A stretch of 64,000 bases of DNA from Eubacteriales bacterium (GTDB lineage: Bacteria > Bacillota > Clostridia > Oscillospirales > CAG-272): assembly GCA_041655935.1 (NCBI GenBank), contig JBBAEK010000005.1:3034-67033 (forward strand), in the 5' to 3' direction. Made by a program: the position numbers and the translations under genes. This document shows, in pieces, positions 9,683 to 19,035 of the stretch. Each line of letters begins with the position of its first letter. The stretch's first letter is position 1. The notes under the pieces are model-generated. The model saw only the letters and a program-made list of their open reading frames with translations, did no database searches and was not told where the DNA came from.

Positions 9683-10207
9683 GTGACCATGGAGCAACTA
9701 CGGCACATGCACAAACAAGCACCATCCCCCCTCCTCATAGCGTTATCGGTCATTTGCTGCCTTTCGGTGGCGATGATGATCTATGCCCTGATCACGGCCA
9801 CCCATGAAACGCCCTTTTCTCCGCCCGAATTTGATCGGACGGCACTTGTCGGCACGCCTGAAGTGCCGCAGGCGTTAGGGTATTCCCGGCTGCAGGTTGA
9901 GCAGGGCTTTCAGGCGTATGTCTGCGGCAACCTGCTTGCCGATGGCAGGCAGGTGGACGTCTATTTCACCTCGCCCGAAACCAACACGGTCTGGCTACTG
10001 CTTCGCTTACTTGACGAGCAGGGCAGGGTGCTGGGCGAGACAGGCATCATCCGCCCCGGCGAATATGTGAAAGCCGTCACACTTCATGCCGCGCCGGACG
10101 GCGAGCAAAACTTGCAGTTGAAAATCGTCGCCTACCAACCCGAAACGTATGTCAGTATGGGGACGGTAGGCTTACATACAACGCTGAAAATCGGCGGACA
10201 GGAGTGA
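9683..10207 (+). CDS. N-terminally membrane-anchored protein of unknown function (paralog of 8334)
   Basis: Single TM helix (LLIALSVICCLSVAMMIYALI). The ectodomain has the same length and motif order as 8334. Start is GTG 9683 or ATG 9689. Confidence 0.6.
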   Translation: MTMEQLRHMHKQAPSPLLIALSVICCLSVAMMIYALITATHETPFSPPEFDRTALVGTPEVPQALGYSRLQVEQGFQAYVCGNLLADGRQVDVYFTSPETNTVWLLLRLLDEQGRVLGETGIIRPGEYVKAVTLHAAPDGEQNLQLKIVAYQPETYVSMGTVGLHTTLKIGGQE

Positions 10208-10247
10208 AAGCGGCGCGCTTCCCCCTGCCACAGGAACATCAACAACA

Positions 10248-10293
10248 AAGCACTCTAAGATTATGTTATCTTAGAGTGCTTGATTTGTTTTTT
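10248..10293 (+). terminator. intrinsic terminator of the four-gene cluster
   Basis: AAGCACTCTAAGAT-tatgtt-ATCTTAGAGTGCTT followed by GATTTGTTTTTT. Confidence 0.8.
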
Positions 10294-10421
10294 GACTCCA
10301 CCGTCTGCCTGACCGCTCGCCGTATGCGGCAAAAGCACAAGCATCTTTTTTGGCAACGCGCTCCGGACAACCGCCTCCCATCGCTCGCAAGGGAAAATCA
10401 TCGGTAAAAACAGAAAAAGTT

Positions 10422-10450
10422 TTGCAAATCAAGGCTTTTTGTATTATAAT
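10422..10450 (+). promoter_or_regulatory. consensus-like sigma70 promoter (TTGCAA-17-TATAAT)
   Basis: TTGCAA at 10422-10427, a 17-nt spacer, TATAAT at 10445-10450. It drives a ~270-nt leader before the ABC remnant. Confidence 0.55.
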
Positions 10451-10718
10451 AGATAGCGATAGAACAGGTAAACAGAGCGAATCGCGTCGCACCACCAGCC
10501 CACGGGGTTTGGTCGGGTTGGATGTGAGTACCATGAACTCACGCATGCGGATGGGTGGATGAAAGATGATTGATGCGGAAAGTATCCTGGCGGTGCCGAA
10601 CAGCGATTTACCAGAGGCGTCCCTGCGCGGCGATTCACCTTGATTGGATAGAGGGGATTGCCCACGGGCAGCAGGCAGGCTTCAGTGTCTCAAATCGGAA
10701 AAAGACAGGGGCATTTGT

Positions 10719-10915
10719 ATGAGTGTTTGTGAAATTCATGGCTTGACTCGGGAGTATGGCAAAGGACGCGGCGTGTTTGATGTGTCCTTTTCGATTCATC
10801 AGGGGGAGATGTTTGGCTTTCTTGGGCCAAACGGCGCGGGGGAAACCACGACCATCCGCCACTGATGGGCTTTCTGAAACCTCACAAAGGACTGGCACAT
10901 CTAAGAGGCAAATTT
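10719..10915 (+). pseudogene. ABC transporter ATP-binding protein, N-terminal remnant (frameshifted, truncated)
   Basis: MSVCEIHGLTREYGKGRGVFDVSFSIHQGEMFGFLGPNGAGETTTIRH, then a stop. The expected continuation LMGFLKPHKG...LRGKF is in the +2 frame, after which similarity ends. Q-loop, signature and Walker B are absent. Confidence 0.6.
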
Positions 10916-10926
10916 GTTGTTTTTGC

Positions 10927-10955
10927 TTTACTTTTTCCGCTTTCTATGGTAGAAT
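10927..10955 (+). promoter_or_regulatory. possible promoter of V-ATPase operon (TTTACT-17-TG-n-TAGAAT)
   Basis: An extended -10, TGGTAGAAT, at 10947-10955, with -35 TTTACT at 10927-10932. Confidence 0.35.
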
Positions 10956-11156
10956 ATTAGCGATTTTGGGTTTTTCTGTTGGACAGGTAACTAATCCCGG
11001 GCTTTTTAGCCGCAGGCCGGGAGCCTCTCTGACAGCTTTCCCGCGCTGACATTTTATTCGACGAAAAGCATGATGACATGGCAGTGCCGAGGGATGATTC
11101 GGCATATAAATAAAAATACTAACCCATGACAGCTGAGACCGAAAGGACGGGAGCAA

Positions 11157-11495
11157 ATGGCAAGCAACGCAATTTTGCGCATCAAGGAAGCGGAAGCGCA
11201 GGCGCAGAAAATCATCACGAGCGCGCAAGAGGAAGCCGCCCGCCTGATCAGGCGCGCCGAAGAAGAAGCGGCCGACGCCTTTTCACGCCTGACAGAAACA
11301 GGCAAGCGGCAGGCGCTTGAAAAAAAGCAAGCCACAGAAGCGGCCATCCGGGAAAGCAATGCGCACCTCTCTCAGGAGAACATCGCCTTGTGTGAGGCGC
11401 TGAGACAAAGTTTCTTATCAAACAAAGCAAGGGCCATCGATGCCATCATTCAAATAATCACAGCACCGTCCGGCGCAAAAGGAGGAAGTGACTGA
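11157..11495 (+). CDS. V/A-type ATPase small peripheral-stalk subunit (G/H-like coiled coil)
   Basis: 112-aa Ala/Glu/Arg-rich coiled coil (ILRIKEAEAQAQKIITSAQEEAARLIRRAEEEA). It is the first gene of the operon, immediately before subunit I. Confidence 0.55.
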   Translation: MASNAILRIKEAEAQAQKIITSAQEEAARLIRRAEEEAADAFSRLTETGKRQALEKKQATEAAIRESNAHLSQENIALCEALRQSFLSNKARAIDAIIQIITAPSGAKGGSD

Positions 11496-13458
11496 TTTGG
11501 CAATTGTCAAAATGAATCAGATTTCCGTATGCGGGCTTCACGCAGACAGAAAAGCCATTTTGGAGGAGTTGCATCAACAGGAACTCGTCGAGGTCTGCGA
11601 ACCGGAGGCGGAAGATATCACTTGCCCGGAAACGGAGAAAAGCATCGCGCAGTTTGATGAGCACATGCAGGCCGCCGAATCAGCCCTGGCGGTACTCGAT
11701 CAATACGCCCCTGAAAAGACCGGCTTTTTTTCCAATCGGCGCGTCTTGCCGCTGCAAAACTACCATATGTCCCCGGCGCACAGCAAAACCACCCTGCAGG
11801 TCATCTATCAGATCATTCGGTTGTCCGAGAAAATACGCGAGCTCACGGAAAGCATCCGGCAGATTGCCGCCAAGCAAACTGCACTCGAACCCTACCTTGC
11901 TTTGGATATTCCGATGAACACCTATGGCACCGAACATACGCGGGTCAAGGTCGGGGTGCTGAACGGCATATGGTCTGCCGAGCAACTGCAAAAGGAAGAA
12001 GAAGCCGATGGGGCGGACTGCGTCCACTTTGAGGTTTTAAGCACCTCCAGGGAACACACCTATCTCTGGCTTGCCTTTTTAAGGGCACAGGAGCCGAGAG
12101 TCACCGCCTTTCTGAAAAAAATCGGGTTTTCCGAACCCTCTTTCAGCCTGTCGCACCATCCGCCTCAAAAAAAGACCGAGGTGCTGGAAGAAGCCAAGCA
12201 AAGGCTCACGAAGGAAATTCGGGAGTGCGTCTCCGGGATCATAGAGCAAAGCCGTTGCCGCGCCGACATCGAGCTTCTCTATGACCACCAGAGTTTGCGA
12301 AAAGATAAGTATCAGGTGCTCGCCAAATTGGGGATGACGGAGCACGTGTTTTTCCTGGCAGGCTATATTCCGGAAAAACAGGCCAACAGTGTCAAGGAGC
12401 ATCTCGAAAACCGGTGGCAGGTGTCTGTGGAGCTGGCAGAACCGGAGAATCCGGAAGAGGCGCCCGTCGCCTTCCGAAACGGCTCTTTCGCCGCACCGGT
12501 GGAGGAAATCACCGAAACATACAGCATGCCCTCCCCCACGGATATCGACCCGAACCCGGTGATGGCATTTTTCTACTACCTGTTTTTTGGCATGATGTTC
12601 AGCGATGCCGGCTACGGACTGCTGCTGGCGCTGGTGTGCGGGTATCTCGGATTCGGCAGACGGCTGGAGAAAGAAAAACGCAAGAAGTTTCAAATGTTTT
12701 TCTACTGCGGGATATCCACGATATTGTGGGGACTGCTGTACGGCAGCTTCTTCGGCAATATGATCTATACCGTGTCCACCACCTTTTTCGGGCGAGAAAT
12801 CACGCTGGCACCGCTGTGGCTCGACCCCATTTCCCAGGCGCTGCCGCTATTGATTTACAGCGTGGCATTCGGCATGATTCAGATCATCTCCGGTCTGGCA
12901 CTCAAATTCTATGCCCTCTGCCGTCAGAAAAAGGTCGTGGACGCCGTGTGCGACGCGGGGCTTTGGATGGTCGTGCTGGTCGGCATCTGCCTGCTGGCTG
13001 CCGGGATGGGACTGAGCTTTCCCGTCCTTAGAAGCATCGGCACGTGGCTGGCTTTGCTGGGTGCCGCAGGCCTCTTGGTGACCGGCGGACGCGGGAGCAA
13101 GAACATCTTCGGGAAAGTGCTCGGCGGTGTCTTTGGCCTGTACGGTATCACGGGATATGTCAGCGATGCGCTTTCCTACTGCCGTCTGATGGCGCTGGGA
13201 CTGGCCACCGGCTGTATCGCCAACGTCGTCAATATGCTGGGCGCCATGTTCGGCACCTCCTTCCTCGGGATGGTTTTATTCCTCATCGTGGCGGTATTCG
13301 GACACAGCCTGAATTTCGCGATGAACATGCTCGGCGCCTACGTCCACACCAACCGCCTGCAATACGTCGAATTTTTCAGCAAATTTTACGAGGGCGGCGG
13401 CAGAAAATTCGAACCGTTCCGGATGAATACGAAATACTGTCACTTTTCAGAAGAATAA
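11488..13458 (+). CDS. ntpI: V-type ATPase subunit I (membrane a-subunit homolog)
   Basis: 656 aa. Soluble N-terminal half plus C-terminal polytopic half with the conserved LSYCRLMALGLA...NMLGAYVHTNRLQYVEFF motif. An alternative TTG start lies at 11497. Confidence 0.9.
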   Translation: MTDLAIVKMNQISVCGLHADRKAILEELHQQELVEVCEPEAEDITCPETEKSIAQFDEHMQAAESALAVLDQYAPEKTGFFSNRRVLPLQNYHMSPAHSKTTLQVIYQIIRLSEKIRELTESIRQIAAKQTALEPYLALDIPMNTYGTEHTRVKVGVLNGIWSAEQLQKEEEADGADCVHFEVLSTSREHTYLWLAFLRAQEPRVTAFLKKIGFSEPSFSLSHHPPQKKTEVLEEAKQRLTKEIRECVSGIIEQSRCRADIELLYDHQSLRKDKYQVLAKLGMTEHVFFLAGYIPEKQANSVKEHLENRWQVSVELAEPENPEEAPVAFRNGSFAAPVEEITETYSMPSPTDIDPNPVMAFFYYLFFGMMFSDAGYGLLLALVCGYLGFGRRLEKEKRKKFQMFFYCGISTILWGLLYGSFFGNMIYTVSTTFFGREITLAPLWLDPISQALPLLIYSVAFGMIQIISGLALKFYALCRQKKVVDAVCDAGLWMVVLVGICLLAAGMGLSFPVLRSIGTWLALLGAAGLLVTGGRGSKNIFGKVLGGVFGLYGITGYVSDALSYCRLMALGLATGCIANVVNMLGAMFGTSFLGMVLFLIVAVFGHSLNFAMNMLGAYVHTNRLQYVEFFSKFYEGGGRKFEPFRMNTKYCHFSEE

Positions 13459-13483
13459 CTATTGATCAATAAGAAAGCGGGTA

Positions 13484-13975
13484 ATGATGATGATGTACGG
13501 TTTACTTTTTGCATTTTTGGGTGCTGCCGTGGCGATTGCCACGACAGGGATGGGCTCCGCGAAAGGCGTCGGGCTGGCCAGTGAGGCCGCCGCCGGTGTG
13601 ATTACGGATGATCCGAAAAAATTCGGCAGGCTGATCGTTTTGCAGCTGTTGCCCGGCACACAGGGTCTTTACGGATTTATTATCAGTATTATGGTCATGT
13701 CGAACATCGGGGTGCTGGGCGGTACGCCACCCACGGATATTGTGACGGGACTGATCTATTTTGTCGCCTGTCTGCCTGTGTCGATCGGTTGTTTTTTCTC
13801 TGCCATTCTGCAAGCTCGGGTTTGTGTGGCAGGCGTGAATATTATCGCGAAAAAGCCGGCTGAAAGCGGCAAAGCCATTGTGTCGGCATCGCTGGTAGAG
13901 CTGTACGCCCTGATCTCCTTTATTGCTTCCCTGCTTTTGGTCACGAATGTCAGTCGGGTTGTCGAGATGCTATGA
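13484..13975 (+). CDS. ntpK: V-type ATPase proteolipid subunit K (16-kDa, double hairpin)
   Basis: GSAKGVG...LQLLPGTQGLYGF...AKKP...VELYALISF, collinear with Enterococcus hirae NtpK. Confidence 0.9.
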   Translation: MMMMYGLLFAFLGAAVAIATTGMGSAKGVGLASEAAAGVITDDPKKFGRLIVLQLLPGTQGLYGFIISIMVMSNIGVLGGTPPTDIVTGLIYFVACLPVSIGCFFSAILQARVCVAGVNIIAKKPAESGKAIVSASLVELYALISFIASLLLVTNVSRVVEML

Positions 13976-14565
13976 GCGGACTGGATAACATCATCGCGGA
14001 AATTGCAGTGCAGGCAAACGGGAAGGCGGACAGGATTCTCAGCGAAGCCCGTCAAAAGGCCGCCGAAATCCTTGAAAAGGGCCGGGCCGAGCGTGAGGAA
14101 TGGCAGCACCGCCTTGACGAGACCACCGAGCAGGAATGCCTCGACATACTCACGCAGGCAAAGTCCGCCACCCGACAGGAGCGCCGCCGCGCTTTGCTCA
14201 GGGCGCGCGGTCAGGTGATTGATGAGATCATCGCCGAAGCCAAGGCAAAGATAGAGAGCCTGCCGGATACGGAGTACTTTGACTTTTTGTTCCGCCTGTT
14301 TGAAAAAAACGCGCAGCCGTTGGACGGACTCATTCGCTTTGCCCCCGCGGATTATGCCGGGATTCCGGGCGACTTTTTGGCGCGCTGCCGGCAGGTCTGC
14401 CCCGGGTCTACCCTCCGCTTGTCCGGGGATATGGACACGATCCGGCGCGGCTTTGTCATTGAATACGGGAAGGTCCTGCAAAACTGCTCCATCGACGCCA
14501 TTTTCGAGTCGGAAAGACAACGCCTGCGGGATACGGTGAATGAAGTCCTGACATCGGATGCGTAA
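13972..14565 (+). CDS. ntpE: V-type ATPase subunit E
   Basis: 197 aa. N-terminal charged coiled coil and globular C-terminus. Operon position is after K, with start/stop overlap. Confidence 0.8.
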   Translation: MSGLDNIIAEIAVQANGKADRILSEARQKAAEILEKGRAEREEWQHRLDETTEQECLDILTQAKSATRQERRRALLRARGQVIDEIIAEAKAKIESLPDTEYFDFLFRLFEKNAQPLDGLIRFAPADYAGIPGDFLARCRQVCPGSTLRLSGDMDTIRRGFVIEYGKVLQNCSIDAIFESERQRLRDTVNEVLTSDA

Positions 14566-14576
14566 AGGAGGTTGGT

Positions 14577-15554
14577 ATGAAAGAAGCCGAGTATGCCTAT
14601 GCGTCAGCCTATACACGCACATTGGAAAACAAGATGCTTCAAAAGTCGGATTTTGAAGCGTTGCTGAGCGCGTCCTCTTTGGAAGAAGCATGGCGGATTC
14701 TTTCAGACAAGGGATACGGACACGGCAAGACGGGCCAACCCCTCGACACGGAAACGCTGCTCAAAGAGGAGCTGCTCTTTGTGTGGGGGGAGGTGAAAGA
14801 CGCCTGCCCCGAAGACGCGCCGATTGACATTTGGTTGTATCGGAACGATTTTCACAACCTGAAAGCCATTTTGAAAGCGGTCGTCAGCGGCGCCGCTTAT
14901 GAATCTTTGATGATGGCGCCCTGTACCGTCCCGCCCGATGAGCTGTATCGCGCGGTGGCGGAAGGCAAAATCGAAAGCCTGCCGGAAATGCTGAGGGGGC
15001 CCGCGGCGGAAGCGTATGAGTTCCTCGTGCGCGACAACGACGGCCGGCGGGCGGAGATTGTGCTGGATAAGGCCCTTTTTTCCGTCATGAATCGGGCTGC
15101 CGTCGCCTCCCAAAACGCCTTTTTAATGGACTGGGCGGATCTGAATGCTGCCCTCCTGAACATGAAAATCGCCCTGCGCGGCGCACACAGCGGCACCGGC
15201 AGGGAATTTCTGCGTGACGCGATGCCGGATTGCCGGCGGATGGATGCGGATGAACTCGCGGGCGCCGCTACGCAGGGTATCCCCGCCGTGCTGGCACTTT
15301 TCAGACAGCGCGGTTTTGAGGAAGCGGCAGAGGCGGCAGGGGAATCGATCAGCGCCTTTGAAAAATGGTGCGACAATGAGCTGATCCGCTCCCTGCAGCC
15401 GGCTCGGACCAAAACCTTCGGCTTTGAGCCTGTTTGGGGCTTTTTAGTCGGCAAACAGTTTGAACTGCACTCGGTGCGCATGATCCTGTCGGGGATTCGC
15501 GGCGGGCTGTCGGCGGGTGTGTTACGGGAAAGGCTGCGTGATTTATATGTATAA
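14577..15554 (+). CDS. ntpC: V-type ATPase subunit C (eukaryotic d homolog)
   Basis: 325-aa helical protein. Operon position between E and F. Confidence 0.8.
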   Translation: MKEAEYAYASAYTRTLENKMLQKSDFEALLSASSLEEAWRILSDKGYGHGKTGQPLDTETLLKEELLFVWGEVKDACPEDAPIDIWLYRNDFHNLKAILKAVVSGAAYESLMMAPCTVPPDELYRAVAEGKIESLPEMLRGPAAEAYEFLVRDNDGRRAEIVLDKALFSVMNRAAVASQNAFLMDWADLNAALLNMKIALRGAHSGTGREFLRDAMPDCRRMDADELAGAATQGIPAVLALFRQRGFEEAAEAAGESISAFEKWCDNELIRSLQPARTKTFGFEPVWGFLVGKQFELHSVRMILSGIRGGLSAGVLRERLRDLYV

Positions 15555-15864
15555 TATCGGTGTCATCGGAGAGTATGACAGCATTTGCGGGTTTTCCGCG
15601 GTAGGATTCAGCATCTTTCCTGTCGAGTCGGCGGAACAGGCGCGAAAAACACTCAAAACCCTGGCAGATCAAGCGTACGGCATCATCTATATCACGGAAC
15701 CGTTCATGGAAGAGCTGAAAGAAGACTGCGCGCGGTACGATGAGCGGCCCACGCCCTGTATCATTCCCATTCCTGCGTTCACCGGGTTGACGGGCTTTGC
15801 GGAAGGCAGGCTCCGGCAGTGCGTGGAGCGGGCGGTCGGTTCCGATATCATATTTACTGATTGA
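15547..15864 (+). CDS. ntpF: V-type ATPase subunit F
   Basis: MYNIGVIGEYDSICGFSAVGF... is a typical subunit F N-terminus. The ATG at 15547 overlaps the stop of subunit C (ATGTATAA). Confidence 0.8.
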   Translation: MYNIGVIGEYDSICGFSAVGFSIFPVESAEQARKTLKTLADQAYGIIYITEPFMEELKEDCARYDERPTPCIIPIPAFTGLTGFAEGRLRQCVERAVGSDIIFTD

Positions 15865-15882
15865 GAAAGGTATCATCCTGAT

Positions 15883-17655
15883 ATGAGCATAAGCAAAGGC
15901 ATCATCCGCAAAGTGTCGGGGCCACTGGTCGTGGCCAGCGGCATGCGAAGCGCCAACATGTTTGATGTGGTGCATGTCAGCCGCCTGGGGCTTGTCGGTG
16001 AAATTATTGAAATGCACGGCGACCTGGCGTCCATTCAGGTGTATGAGGAAACCTCCGGGCTCGGGCCGGGAGAGGAAGTCATCTCGACGGGGAGCCCGCT
16101 GTCCGTCGAACTGGGGCCGGGCCTGATCGGCAGCATTTATGACGGGATCCAAAGACCGCTTGACGCGATCAAGCAGCAAATCGGGACGAATCTGCAGCGC
16201 GGCGTACGGGTGCCGTCTTTGAACCGGGAGAAGAAGTGGCACTTTTCCCCCGCAAAAAAGGCGGGGGAGCGGTTGGTGGCCGGCGACATTTTGGGAAGTG
16301 TGCAGGAAAGCGCGGTGGTGGCGCACAGGATTCTGCTGCCCCACGGCTGTGACGGAGAGCTTCTGTCACTCCGTGCCGGAGAATTCACCGTGACCGAGCC
16401 CATCGGCGAGGTCAAGCGTGACGACGGCAAAATCATCCCCCTGACCCTGATGCAGAAATGGCCGGTCCGAAAAGGCCGCCCCTATCAGGAGAAACTGTCA
16501 CCGGATGTGCCGATGGTCACCGGACAGCGGGTCATTGATACCCTCTTTCCGATCGCCAAAGGCGGCGTCGCCGCCGTTCCCGGGCCGTTCGGCAGCGGAA
16601 AAACCGTCGTGCAGCACCAGCTGGCAAAATGGGCGGACGCCGACATTGTCGTGTATATCGGTTGCGGCGAGCGCGGCAACGAGATGACCGACGTACTCAA
16701 CGAGTTCCCCAAAATCAAGGACCCGAAAACCGGGAAAACACTGATGGAGCGCACGGTGCTCATCGCCAACACCTCGGATATGCCCGTGGCGGCCCGCGAG
16801 GCGTCGGTTTATACGGGCATGACGATGGCAGAGTATTTTCGGGATATGGGGTATAGCGTGGCACTGCTGGCCGATTCCACCTCACGCTGGGCGGAAGCCT
16901 TGCGGGAAATGTCCGGGCGGCTGGAAGAAATGCCGGGCGAGGAAGGATACCCGGCGTATCTCGGGAGCCGTTTGGCCAGCTTTTACGAGCGGGCAGGGCG
17001 CGTACTTGCCCCGGGGCAGGACCGGCGCGAAGGGGCGCTCAGCGTGATCGGCGCGGTCTCTCCTCCGGGCGGGGATATCTCCGAGCCGGTCTCACAGGCG
17101 ACGCTACGGATTGTCAAGGTGTTTTGGGGCCTTGACTCCGCGTTGGCGTACCGCCGGCACTTCCCCGCGGTCAACTGGCTGAGTAGCTATTCGCTGTATT
17201 TGGACACCTTGCAGGATTGGTATCAGGACACCGTGGCGGAAGATTGGTCGGTCTTGCGCGGACGCATGATGGGGCTGTTGCACGAAGAAGCGGAGCTCAA
17301 TGAAATCGTCAAACTGGTCGGGATCGACGCCCTGAGCCGCCACGACCGCATGAAGCTGGAAACGGCGCGTTCCATCCGCGAGGACTACCTCCACCAGGAC
17401 GCATTCCATGAGATAGACACCTATTCTTCCCTGGAGCGTCAGCACTGCATGATGCGCTTGATTCTGACCTGTTACGATTTGTCCGTGCAGGCTTTGGAGG
17501 CCGGTATACACATCGACAAGCTGATCAAGCTCCCCGTGAGAGAGAAAATAGGCAGATTCAAGTATATTGAGGCAAGTCGGACTGCACAGGAATATGAAGC
17601 GATTTCTCTGCAACTTCAACAGGAAATTGCCGCTCTGCTGAAGGAGGAGGAATAA
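15883..17655 (+). CDS. ntpA: V-type ATPase catalytic subunit A
   Basis: Walker [10 protein letters not shown], non-homologous insert region, 590 aa. Confidence 0.95.
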   Translation: MSISKGIIRKVSGPLVVASGMRSANMFDVVHVSRLGLVGEIIEMHGDLASIQVYEETSGLGPGEEVISTGSPLSVELGPGLIGSIYDGIQRPLDAIKQQIGTNLQRGVRVPSLNREKKWHFSPAKKAGERLVAGDILGSVQESAVVAHRILLPHGCDGELLSLRAGEFTVTEPIGEVKRDDGKIIPLTLMQKWPVRKGRPYQEKLSPDVPMVTGQRVIDTLFPIAKGGVAAVPGPFGSGKTVVQHQLAKWADADIVVYIGCGERGNEMTDVLNEFPKIKDPKTGKTLMERTVLIANTSDMPVAAREASVYTGMTMAEYFRDMGYSVALLADSTSRWAEALREMSGRLEEMPGEEGYPAYLGSRLASFYERAGRVLAPGQDRREGALSVIGAVSPPGGDISEPVSQATLRIVKVFWGLDSALAYRRHFPAVNWLSSYSLYLDTLQDWYQDTVAEDWSVLRGRMMGLLHEEAELNEIVKLVGIDALSRHDRMKLETARSIREDYLHQDAFHEIDTYSSLERQHCMMRLILTCYDLSVQALEAGIHIDKLIKLPVREKIGRFKYIEASRTAQEYEAISLQLQQEIAALLKEEE

Positions 17656-17658
17656 GCG

Positions 17659-19032
17659 ATGCCGAAAGAATACCGCACCATAGAAGAAGTGGCCGGGCCT
17701 TTGATGCTGATTCATGACGTCAGCGGCGTCACCTACAATGAGCTTGGCGAGATCAAAACAGCAAGCGGCGAGATACGCCGCTGCCGTGTGCTTGAAATCA
17801 ACGGTACCGACGCGCTGGTACAGCTCTTTGAGAGCAGCGAGGGCATCAGCCTCGAGGACAGCACCGTGCGCTTTTTGGGGCACGGCATCACCATGGGCGT
17901 CTCGGAGGATATGCTGGGTCGCATCTTTGACGGCATGGGCATGCCGGCAGACGGGGGCCCGGAGATCATACCGGAAAAGCGCCTGGACATCAACGGCGTC
18001 CCCATGAACCCGACGGCACGGAAGTATCCCGAGGAATTTATCCAGACCGGCATCAGCGCGATTGACGGGCTGAATACGCTGGTGCGCGGGCAGAAGCTCC
18101 CGATTTTTTCGGCCAGCGGTCTGCCCCACGCGAATGTGGCGGCGCAGATTGCCCGGCAGGCAAAGGTGTCGGGCAGCGAGCAGAATTTCGCCGTGGTCTT
18201 TGCCGCGATCGGCATTACCTTTGAGGAAGCCGATTTCTTTATCCGGGACTTTCAGAAAACCGGCGCCATTGAGCACTCGGTACTGTTCATCAACCTGGCC
18301 AACCACCCCGCGATCGAGCGCATCGCCACCCCGCGTATGGCCCTGACGGCGGCCGAGTATCTGGCGTTTGACCTGGGGATGCATGTGCTGGTGATCATGA
18401 CCGATATCACCAATTACGCCGACGCGCTCCGGGAGGTTTCCGCGGCGCGTAAGGAAGTACCGGGACGGCGCGGCTATCCCGGCTATATGTATACCGATCT
18501 GGCGTCCATGTATGAACGGGCGGGCCGGCTGGAAGGCAAGGAGGGCAGCATCACGCTGATCCCCATTCTTTCGATGCCGGAGGATGACAAAACGCATCCC
18601 ATCCCCGATTTGACGGGGTATATTACCGAGGGGCAGATTATCCTGAGCCGCGAGCTGTTCCGTAAAGGGGTGATTCCGCCCATTGACGTGCTCCCCTCCC
18701 TCTCCCGCCTGAAGGACAAGGGCATCGGCGCGGGCAAAACCAGAGCAGATCACGCCAACACCATGAACCAGTTATTCGCCTCTTACGCCCGCGGCAAAGA
18801 AGCCAAAGAATTGATGGTGATTCTGGGCGAGGCCGCCCTGACCGACACCGACAAACTCTATGCGAAATTCGCGGACGCCTTTGAAAAGGAATATGTGTCG
18901 CAGGGGTATGCCGCCAACCGGAGCATCGGGGAAACGCTGGATATCGGCTGGAAGCTGCTGTCCATCCTGCCGCGCTCGGAGCTGAAGCGCATCAGCGATA
19001 AATTTTTGGATCAGTATTATTTGGAGAGCTGA
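17659..19032 (+). CDS. ntpB: V-type ATPase subunit B
   Basis: 457 aa with the conserved [23 protein letters not shown] motif. Confidence 0.95.
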   Translation: MPKEYRTIEEVAGPLMLIHDVSGVTYNELGEIKTASGEIRRCRVLEINGTDALVQLFESSEGISLEDSTVRFLGHGITMGVSEDMLGRIFDGMGMPADGGPEIIPEKRLDINGVPMNPTARKYPEEFIQTGISAIDGLNTLVRGQKLPIFSASGLPHANVAAQIARQAKVSGSEQNFAVVFAAIGITFEEADFFIRDFQKTGAIEHSVLFINLANHPAIERIATPRMALTAAEYLAFDLGMHVLVIMTDITNYADALREVSAARKEVPGRRGYPGYMYTDLASMYERAGRLEGKEGSITLIPILSMPEDDKTHPIPDLTGYITEGQIILSRELFRKGVIPPIDVLPSLSRLKDKGIGAGKTRADHANTMNQLFASYARGKEAKELMVILGEAALTDTDKLYAKFADAFEKEYVSQGYAANRSIGETLDIGWKLLSILPRSELKRISDKFLDQYYLES

Positions 19033-19035
19033 CGC

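Noticed and set aside
10455-10718. Tried to assign the long leader to T-box, cobalamin, guanidine or c-di-GMP riboswitch classes.
   Set aside because: No T-box 14-mer (only a weak GGCGGTGCCG resemblance), no specifier or terminator arrangement, no B12 box, and no other class signature that I can recognise by eye.
13756-18753. Long antisense ORFs inside the V-ATPase genes (13756-14691, 15349-16344 and 17104-18753, all minus strand).
   Set aside because: They are fully embedded opposite strongly recognisable genes. They have Arg/Gly/Pro/His-rich composition typical of GC-rich antisense frames, and no RBS.
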